A stretch of DNA of 63,762 bases, filler included, from Octopus bimaculoides (lineage: Eukaryota): assembly GCF_001194135.2 (NCBI RefSeq). It is 5 parts of 5 records of this genome, joined end to end, with 100 filler letters (N's around TTAATTAATTAA, not from the genome) between each part and the next. Parts side by side here need not be neighbours in the genome. Positions count along the whole stretch, not along the records: positions 52,793 to 58,960 come from NC_069005.1; positions 59,061 to 62,173 come from NC_068984.1; positions 62,274 to 63,762 come from NW_026438479.1; 2 more parts are not named here. The stretch is one strand, 5' to 3'. The translations under genes were made by a program, and so were the position numbers. Shown in pieces: positions 55,778 through 63,762 of the stretch; the stretch's first letter is position 1; every line of letters begins with the position of its first letter. Under the pieces are notes generated by a model. It saw only the letters and a list, made by a program, of their open reading frames with translations, searched no databases and had not been told where the DNA came from.

Positions 55778-56058
55778 AGCTGCTGCTACTGCTGCTGCTG
55801 CTGCATCAAGTGAAGTTACAATTAAGTCATGTTACTATTTCAACCCGTCGCCCTATCATCATCAACAGCAACAACAACAACAACGGCAGCAACAATGAAC
55901 TGTAACAATAAAAATAGCATCAAGAACAATAGGAGCAAAATAATCCGTTGAAATACCGAGAGAGAGGGGGGAGGGCAGGAAGGAGGGAAGCTTTCACTCC
56001 ACTAATGCCGTGTAGTTAGTTGGGTTAGGGTTAGGGTTGACAAGAGGCAGCTTGAAAG

Positions 56059-56065
56059 TATAAAA
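56059..56065 (+). promoter_or_regulatory. TATA box of transferrin-family gene
   Basis: TATAAAA 88 nt upstream of the ATG; predicted TSS near 56089-56092. Confidence 0.7.
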
Positions 56066-56146
56066 GCAGCGAGCGAGAGAGCTTGGTTGGCACTGAAACC
56101 CGGCGGCGAAACAAGTGACTGAAGCAAGCGAGAATCACAAGAACCG

Positions 56147-56204
56147 ATGGCATCTTCTGGACCATTCCAACTCCTGCTGTCGATAGTCCTGGCCTCATTT
56201 GCAG
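56147..56204 (+). CDS. Transferrin-family gene, coding exon 1 (signal peptide MASSGPFQLLLSIVLASFA + phase-1 G)
   Basis: ATG at 56147, 88 nt after TATAAAA; hydrophobic signal-peptide-like stretch; donor GCAG|GTAAGT at 56204/56205; frame joins exon 2 (G+TA=Val). Confidence 0.88.
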
Positions 56205-56590
56205 GTAAGTATATTTGCTTCTTTATATTTTAGTCGTTCATATTCCTTAATTTTTGCATAGGATGGAAACAATTCGGCAGAAACAGCAGAGAGAAGGATC
56301 AAAAGTTGTGACCCTCAACATTTTCAAAAAGCCCCTTGCTCCAGTCTTATTTTTCAGTTACCTGAATCGATAATTACTGTCCTCTCTACCAGTTATACAT
56401 ACAATAAACACATTGTATCCTTTCTTTATAAAAAAAAAAAAAAAAAAATTTCTGTCAGTTAACAACACAATTCCTGAAGAACAAGCTCTGACCCTGAAAT
56501 ATTGAAATATCAAGTCAGAAAGCCATCGACTTGCGTTGGTTTTAGTAACTTGTATTTTTATAACCTGTATACACATACATACATACATAA

Positions 56591-56651
<61 letters not shown>

Positions 56652-56697
56652 NNNNNNNNNNTTTTTATAACCTGTATACACATACATACATACATAA

Positions 56698-56771
<74 letters not shown>

Positions 56772-56796
56772 ACTATCTTCCACTTCCATATTCCAG

Positions 56797-56971
56797 TAGC
56801 CAGTGAACCAAGACTTTGTGTGACTTCAGTGAAAGAAATGCAGAAATGTGGAACATTCGTTGATATTACATGTGTTCAAGGCTCCAATGCTAGCGATTGC
56901 CTGGAAAAAATCGAAAACAATTTGGCTGATATAACGAGCCTCGACGGAGGAAACATTTACAAAGCTGGCAA
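56797..56971 (+). CDS. Transferrin-family gene, coding exon 2 (VASEPRLCVTSVKEMQKCGTFVDITCVQGSNASDCLEKIENNLADITSLDGGNIYKAG+AA)
   Basis: Acceptor TTCCAG at 56791-56796, donor AA|GTAAGT at 56971/56972; four lobe-start cysteines and the ADxxxLDGG motif carrying the iron-ligand Asp of transferrin lobes. Confidence 0.93.
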
Positions 56972-57004
56972 GTAAGTTTATTAATTAATTCATTTATTTA
57001 TCAT

Positions 57005-57625
57005 TATTGTTGTTGTTGTTGTTGTTATTATTATTATTATTATCATTATTATTATTATCTTCTTTAAATTCTGTTTCCATTTCTTGCCGAGTGTCTTCCT
57101 GATATCTAAGGCAAAGAAACTCGCGGTATGCATTGGTAGGCCATTAAAATAAACACATCAGATTGTTCATTTACAAAGTTATGGGATAGAAAAAAGGGAA
57201 GAAAGACACACAGAGAGAAGTAGAGATAGAAAAATAATAATAATAAAGTAAACAAAGAAAACAAAGGGGAAAGAAATAAAGGAAACAAAATTCACAGCGA
57301 CAATGCTCTTCTCCGTACGTGTGACCAGTTACCAGTTAAGACAATCTTTTGCACTTCCTGTATGGATGGTAAGCCAAGGATCATCCTCAAAAGATTTTCA
57401 GTTCCTTTTTTAATCATTCCAAATGTTCCTTCAGTTACTGGTATTGTAACCGTCTTGAGATGCCACATCTTTTCGATTTTGATTAGCAAATCTTTTCTGA
57501 GCTTATCAAATTCTTTTGCCGAGATATTATGGTCACAGGGTAAGCTCGAGTCAATCAATAAACATACTTTATTGTTTTGGTCTTTCACAACAATATCTGG
57601 TTTGATGGTCCGGTCTGCACATACT
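57005..57625 (-). mobile_element. RLE-type (R4/NeSL-like) LINE 3' fragment
   Basis: DRTIKPDIVVKDQNNKVCLLIDSSLPCDHNISAKEFDKL...MWHLKTVTIPV..G.FG: restriction-like endonuclease motif; (AAT)n tail at about 57005-57057. Confidence 0.8.
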
Positions 57626-57629
57626 GTAA

Positions 57630-58500
57630 AGTTCCAACACGCTGATGAGAGCGGAAACCAAAAACCGAGCGGTAGAGTTGTCCACAGGTCGGACAAGGAA
57701 CTGATGAGCTGGATGTAGTTAAAACACACGTTGCTCGGCGCCCATCGAGCCATTGACTACGCCTTGTCTCGACGGTTTCACAAGCTTGGTGGCAGATGGT
57801 CGATCGTCCGCTTCGATCCGTAACCGGAATTTTCAGATCTGTAGGAAGAATGTTGCATTTCTGAAGGATGGCAGCAACTATAATCTTTGTATCTCTTCCT
57901 CTGTCCTTCAAGGGACTGTTGGCGTTCGGTCAGTTCCCGTAGAAGATAATACAATGGAGGCTGGAGTGGGCATCCTGATGAGGTGGTCAGTCCAATGAAG
58001 TTGACACTTGACAATTAGAGATTTGATGCTGAAGGAGTTGCAGCGTTCCAAGATGGTTCGATGTGGAAGCCTGCCTTCCCATGAGACATCCAGGATGTAT
58101 TGGAGACACTTGATGTGAAAGGATTCAAGAATCTTCGAGTGCTTGTAGTGAACCATGCAAATTTCTGCACCATATAAAAGAACGAATAAAACGCTGGCCT
58201 GATACACAGCAAGTTTCGTAGGATTGGTCAGATTCTTGTTGGAGAACAACCAGAAGAGGAATCCCGCGACTATTTCCGCAGATAAAAGGATCACCCTTTT
58301 TCTTGTAGATGGAGATGATGATCGCATTTTTCCATTCCTGAGGTAGAAAGCCGGAGTTCCAAGCGGCCCCAAACAGTCTGTGAAAATGGCTGTGCAGTGC
58401 GATGTCAGCCTCCATGTAGATCTCAGAGGGATGCTGTTTAACAAAGGTGACCTCCTGTAGTGGAGAGATCGAATTGCAAAAGGGAGTATAAAAGCCAGGA
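57630..58500 (-). mobile_element. RTE-clade (BovB-like) LINE fragment, internally deleted, antisense in transferrin intron 2
   Basis: WNSGFLPQEWKNAIIISIYKKKGD..CGNSRGI joined to TKLAVYQASVL..LLYGAE..FHIKCL..QLHWTDHLIRM, GQRKRYKD and C-terminal CPTCG..GFRSH zinc knuckle. Confidence 0.85.
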
Positions 58501-58798
58501 AGAGCAAAATAGCCATTATCTGTCTGGTAGTATACACACACACAACATGGTGGAGACTTCAACACAAAATGGCCGCCATTATGCATGAATGTATATTTGT
58601 ATGTGCGTGAGAGTGCGTATGTATGTGTGTGTGTGTGTGTGTGTATTTTGTATATAAATGTAGAGCATCAAAAGACGATCGTAAAGTATATCAATCGAAA
58701 TGTATAATATAAAACAGAACCAGAAATGAAGTTAGTAATAATATTAAGTTAGATATATCTAATAATCTTCCTCATTATTTAAATGTTGGTTTCTGTAG

Positions 58799-58917
58799 GT
58801 GCTATAATCTAAAACCCATTGTAGCAGAAACTTATAATGGTTTACCTTATGGAGCAGGTTACTTCGCTGTAGCCGTAGCAAAGAAAAGCTCAAATGTTAC
58901 TATCAATACTTTACAAG
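58799..58917 (+). CDS. Transferrin-family gene, coding exon 3 (K-CYNLKPIVAETYNGLPYGAGYFAVAVAKKSSNVTINTLQ+G); gene incomplete in window
   Basis: Acceptor TTCTGTAG ending 58798, donor CAAG|GTAAGT at 58917/58918; phase 2 matches exon 2 (AA+G=Lys); LKPxxAExY and YFAVAVxKK transferrin motifs with the first Tyr ligand. Confidence 0.93.
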
Positions 58918-59060
58918 GTAAGTAATTTCCCATATTCAATTCTTTTTTTTTTTTTTTTTTNNNNNNNNNNNNNNNNNNNNNNNNNNNNNNNNNNNNNNNN
59001 NNNNTTAATTAATTAANNNNNNNNNNNNNNNNNNNNNNNNNNNNNNNNNNNNNNNNNNNN

Positions 59061-60661
59061 TAATGCTGAAGTTCTGTATCTGTGTGAAGTCTTTTTAAAA
59101 GTTTATAGAAATCCACATTTTCCACTTTTTCGTACAAATTTTTACATCAATGGAATTTTCTCGATGTGAACATTCCAGTGCAGTAATTAGATTTTTTAAA
59201 TTCCGTTTACTTTGTGTGATTTAAGGGAGATTTGGCTGTTGTTTCTAGCAACTTTTATATTTCTTCCCTTCTACCTGTACTGGTGTTCTTACACATCAAT
59301 CACACGCTCAACATATAATATACAGAGTTAGAGTAAAAGAGAGAGAGAGAGAGAGAGAGAAAGTGATACATACAAAGTCATAGATTAACTTGCTTTAAGA
59401 CTATTCTTTCCTTCTACCTTTTCACTCTTACTTTGTTCTTCTTCCTCTCTCCCATTTGATAGCTTTCTTCTATCCCTCTACCTCTAACATATTTTTCATA
59501 ACAAAGAAATGTAAAAACACACAACCACACATACGTGATCTGTGACAACAACATACACATAAACACATACACACATCAAAATTATAGATATATAGTTTCT
59601 GTGTGTTTCTTATATAAACATGCGCACGCATTGCTATTTTATAACTGTCTTCCGTTCTCCCTTCCTCTCTTTCTCTTTCTTCATTGCTCCCGTTCTCTAT
59701 TCCTTTCTCCCCTCTCTCTCTTTTCCTTCTCCCTCTTCTCTCTCGCTCTCTCAAACACATACACGTGCACGTACACACAAGCATTCACTACAAGATAACT
59801 CATGTTCGTCAATGTTTTGTAAATATACAAACTACGGAGCTTATGGACAACACATTGCAAATCAGTGAACTTCATTACAAATGTGGGTAATTTTTTAGAT
59901 TAACATACGCACAATTTTCACTAGGGTATTAGGGTTACGGTTTTTGGGTCAGGGTTAGGGTTTTAGGGTTACGGTTAGGGTTACAATGAGGGTTAGTGTT
60001 ATGGTTACGGTTTTAGGGTCAGGGTTAGGGTTTAAGGATTACGGTTACGTAATCGTGCGGGTGTTAATCTGAAAAATTACNNNNNNNNNNNNNNNNNNNN
60101 NNNNNNNNNNNNNNNNNNNNNNNNNNNNNNNNNNNNNNNNNNNNNNNNNNNNNNNNNNNNNNNNNNNNNNNNNNNNNNNNNNNNNNNNNNNNNNNNNNNN
60201 NNNNNNNNNNNNNNNNNNNNNNNNNNNNNNNNNNNNNNNNNNNNNNNNNNNNNNNNNNNNNNNNNNNNNNNNNNNNNNNNNNNNNNNNNNNNNNNNNNNN
60301 NNNNNNNNNNNNNNNNNNNNNNNNNNNNNNNNNNNNNNNNNNNNNNNNNNNNNNNNNNNNNNNNNNNNNNNNNNNNAATTACCCTGCTATGTATAATCAA
60401 GGCAGTGCAAAAAGTTGTTTTGCACAAGCATTTCTATAGCCAATTAGACGGATGAAATTTACTTACATACGCTTAATAATGTTACGCAAAACAGCCTTCA
60501 GACTTTCCCTATTAATTTCGTCTTTTGAATTATGAACATATTTACATCCTAAGGGTTTTTTCGTTGTAAGGCTTTCTTTTTTAGTTGATTTTCACCTAGC
60601 AAGACTTATTGTAGATGGCGTAATAAGTCACACCCGGACAACGTCAGGTTATACTGCTAGT
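59061..60661 (+). mobile_element. Possible non-autonomous Helitron-like element
   Basis: 3' hairpin-like CCCGGACAACGTCAGG followed by CTAG|T at 60633-60661; 5' end truncated by the gap, so extent is uncertain. Confidence 0.4.
59885..60080. mobile_element. MITE with ~30-bp TIRs enclosing degenerate TTAGGG repeats
   Basis: TIRs 59887-59916 and 60051-60080 match at 26/30; interior is TTAGGG, TTACGG and TCAGGG variants. Confidence 0.7.
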
Positions 60662-60716
60662 ATATATAAAAAACAAATGACAGACAGAAGATGGAATATA
60701 CAAGAATTTATTATTA

Positions 60717-60820
60717 ATCACGACAATTGTTTCGACACATCTAGCATTGATTCCTCTTGTGGGACACTCAACAACTAGTTCAGGAGCATCCGGTGGTGCA
60801 GATGTATCTCCTTGGGTGAT
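60717..60820 (-). ncRNA. Degenerate hammerhead motif with long stem II
   Basis: Minus strand: ATCAC-CCAAGGA-GATACATCT...AGATGTGTC-GAAAC-AATT-GTC-GTGAT; stems I and II pair and stem III is the palindrome ACAATTGT; core has two substitutions relative to CTGAGGA. Confidence 0.55.
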
Positions 60821-61261
60821 AAATAAATAAAAAACAACTCGTTGAAATGACTGTTCCACAATGTAACTTACTGTTTTGTAGAGAGAAAAACAGCCAGACA
60901 GAGGAAAAATCTTCATATATATATAGAAGATCAAAAATAAAATTGCAGAAAACAAAAAGAGAAACAAACATAATCCAGCGTGAAATGTATTGAAAATAGC
61001 TGTTAACAGATATAGATGTATAAACGCCCTCCGGCAAGCTGCATGGTACAGGTACACAGCTCATACAAACATTAGCAAAAATGTGAGCATACGCACATGT
61101 GTGGTTTGGTGCACTCAAGATCACAAAGCAAGTTAGTTATTTACTTGGTGTTTAGAAGAACAGGGAGGTTAAAAGTAAACTTAAGTCATCCATACCTTAA
61201 AGTAAATTAAATTACATTAAGTTAATGGTTTCCATTCTCGCTGCATTGTGTGAGGGTACAA

Positions 61262-61580
61262 TTATGTGTGTAGGCATCTTGATAGTTGTTCAGAAATTCT
61301 ATTAAGTATCTTCTCGTTAGTCCACAGAATAGACAGGGATTCCTCGGAGCAGAGATGGCATCTCCTGTAAATTACATTGCATGGTTTTGCATGTCCAACT
61401 ATGGACTAATTAATATATTTTGTTTTATCCTCCTTCAGTCGCCATATAAAATCTGCCAAAGATGCTGAATGTTTCTTACTGATTGACTTAAAACTGGCAA
61501 CATGGTTATGATAACGATTCTTAAATGAATCAGCTGTCTGCCCAATGTAAACACAGGTCCCTCCCCTTGTGTGCACAGTA
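61262..61580 (-). mobile_element. Penelope-like element GIY-YIG endonuclease remnant (one in-frame stop)
   Basis: TVHTRGGTCVYIGQTADSFKNRYHNH...DFIWRLKEDKTKYIN*SIVGHAKPCNVIYRRCHLCSEE...ILNRISEQLSRCLHT*: YIGQT, FKxRYxNH, CxLC, LN and CxH motifs typical of PLE GIY-YIG domains. Confidence 0.8.
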
Positions 61581-61674
61581 CATAGATACATATGTATATA
61601 AATATATATATGTATTTCGTTTTTGGATTTGGTTTGCAAGATTTTTTATGTGATTTCGTGTGTTGAAGCATATT

Positions 61675-61835
61675 CTGTTGTGTCTGGGGAGAGTCATTTT
61701 CTTATTGTGCCTGAAAATTTAACACACTCACCGGTAAAATTGGAAAATAAAAATAAGAAATAAGTGGAAATTTTACCGATGAGTGTGTTAAATTTTAAGG
61801 CACAATAAGAAAATGACTCTCCCCAGACACAACAG
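61675..61835. repeat. 67-bp inverted repeat (65/67 identical) with 27-nt loop
   Basis: Arms 61675-61741 and 61769-61835; a third copy of the same sequence lies at 37005-37075. Confidence 0.9.
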
Positions 61836-62001
61836 TATATATATGTACATAAACAGATAAATATGTATGTATATAAATATATATATATATATATAAATAT
61901 ACATGTGTATATATATTATATATATAAATACACATATAAATATACATATGTATATATACTATATATAAATACACATTTCGCATTTGTCTTGCTTCTATAT
62001 G

Positions 62002-62096
62002 TTGGTTCCCTGACGATGAATATATGTGCAATTCCAGCACCTCTTACTTCTTTGGAGTAGGGTGCACATATATTTTGAAACATATGTAGGAATTAA
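62002..62096 (+). ncRNA. Minimal type-I hammerhead ribozyme motif with intact core
   Basis: TTGGTTCC-CTGACGA-TG-AATATATGTGCA...TGCACATATATT-TT-GAAAC-ATAT-GTA-GGAATTAA: 8-bp stem I (two G-U), 12-bp perfect stem II, palindromic ACATATGT stem III, GUA cleavage triplet at 62086-62088. Confidence 0.75.
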
Positions 62097-62619
62097 AGGA
62101 ACTTTTGTTTAAATGCGTTTTGGTCCATTTATTATTATTATTCATAAATATATGTGTATATATATATATATATNNNNNNNNNNNNNNNNNNNNNNNNNNN
62201 NNNNNNNNNNNNNNNNNTTAATTAATTAANNNNNNNNNNNNNNNNNNNNNNNNNNNNNNNNNNNNNNNNNNNNATATATATATATATATATATATAACAG
62301 GCTTCTTTCAGTTTCCGTCTACCAAATCCACTCACAAGGTTATGGTCGGCCTGAGGCTATAGAGGAAGACACTTCCTCTAAGTCCAAGGTGCCACACAAT
62401 GGGACTGAACCCGAAACCACGTGATTGTGAAACAAGATTTTTACCATACAGTCACGCCTGTGTCTGATTAGACCTCATTATGCAAATATCATATGTATGT
62501 GCATGTGTGTGTGTGTGTGTGTGTGTGCATAGAAGCATAGAAGTATATCAGCAGCGGACGAAGAAAGCGTCCAATACCAGCGCTGGACTTTCTAAATCTC
62601 GGGATGTCCGCAGCAAACG

Positions 62620-62790
62620 TAGACAAAAAGATGGAAGATTCTGGAAGGTCCAGTTCGTAGCTTTGGGAGTGAAAGAGATACCAACCCAAGGAAACTGGAC
62701 GCCGGTGCATAGTACCAAAGATCCTGGATTCTCCATCAGAAGCGAGGACCCGTTATTATAACAACTTAGCTTTCGAAAATCCAGAAAAAA
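62620..62790 (+). mobile_element. CR1-group (L2/Crack-like) LINE 3' fragment
   Basis: WKILEGPVRSFG and GRRCIVPKI...RTRYYNNLAF fragments in shifted frames. Confidence 0.55.
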
Positions 62791-63047
62791 AATACCCACA
62801 AAAACAAAAATCTACGAGGCAGAGATGTGAATCTATGGAAAACACGGGAGACATTTAAACGGATGTGAGGGCGGCGCTGTGATGGTGATGGCAATGAGGA
62901 TAAAAATAATGATGTAGATGATGATGACTCTGGCAACGATCATCCAGAATTCCTCTAAGACTAATTTTCACAGTAAACGCTCTGGAACTGACCCTTGTTT
63001 CGTATCTGCCAAGAAACGCCTTACTACGCACACACACGCACACACAC

Positions 63048-63091
<44 letters not shown>

Positions 63092-63230
63092 ATATATATG
63101 TATATATATATATATACACATACACAGGTGTATGTTCACAATTCCGTTGTACGCAGTCAACACTTAAAGTGCGTTCGGTAAGCCCTTCCAGAGGTGTGTA
63201 TAATATATAGAGATTTATATAGATGGATGC

Positions 63231-63272
63231 ATACATATAGATAGATAGATTGATTGATTGATTGATAGGTGT

Positions 63273-63323
<51 letters not shown>

Positions 63324-63383
63324 TATAGGTGGATAGATAGATAGATAGGTGGATAGATAGATAGGTGGATAGATAGATAGGTG

Positions 63384-63422
<39 letters not shown>
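63231..63422. repeat. (GATA)n/(GATT)n tetranucleotide microsatellite
   Basis: Direct reading. Confidence 0.95.
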
Positions 63423-63762
63423 GCATTGGAGGGAGGGAATGTTTCTGTGAATGTGTTCACAAGGAATGTATCTTTACAAATAGCAAGAGGCGACATGATC
63501 CTCCCTCTTCCGGGTGGAAGTGACACAAACATCGGTTATTGTAAGGACATCAAAACACCATAGCATTTATGAATATCCTTACCCGAGTGCAGGTACGTGT
63601 GTGTGTGTGTGTGTGTGTTTATGGGAAGGTGTGGCTGAAAGAGGTTTTAATTTTGGATCTAGATTTCCAATACGGGATAATGACACAAGAATTGTAAGGC
63701 GCATCAAATTTTATATGGTAATATATGTACCATCGGTACTTGGAACTGATGCGCAAGCGAGT

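Noticed and set aside
56090-56146. Iron-responsive element in the transferrin 5'UTR
   Set aside because: No CAGUGH loop with a C-bulged stem is present.
56553-56768. Tandem duplication in transferrin intron 1
   Set aside because: Identical copies either side of a 10-N gap ending in (GA)n; typical contig-overlap artefact.
58918-63762. Transferrin exon 4 (expected KSCHTG-type motif)
   Set aside because: No matching exon found; it may be in a gap, beyond the window or displaced by the 58961-59060 linker.

Overview
Eukaryotic, AT-rich, gap-ridden draft-assembly window. The SINE, LINE and microsatellite landscape looks like a cephalopod (Octopus-type) genome; that assignment is inference from repeat pattern only. 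One host gene is well supported: the first three coding exons of a secreted transferrin-family gene on the + strand (56147-56204, 56797-56971, 58799-58917) with a TATA promoter. The rest is intergenic or intronic DNA containing several tRNA-derived SINE families, RTE, RLE and CR1-group LINE fragments, Tc1, mariner and DD37D transposase relics, a probable Helitron, MITEs and a CpG-rich 65-bp satellite. The most interesting signal is a set of unrelated minimal type-I hammerhead-ribozyme motifs, each with a self-complementary stem III. They occur with Penelope-like (GIY-YIG) remnants and in a complete, TSD-flanked ~450-bp element that joins a tRNA-like Pol III head to inverted hammerhead arms. 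A probable second promoter at ~52860 points into a CpG-depleted 26.7-kb block. Four 100-bp N44-TTAATTAATTAA-N44 scaffold linkers make contiguity across those points uncertain.
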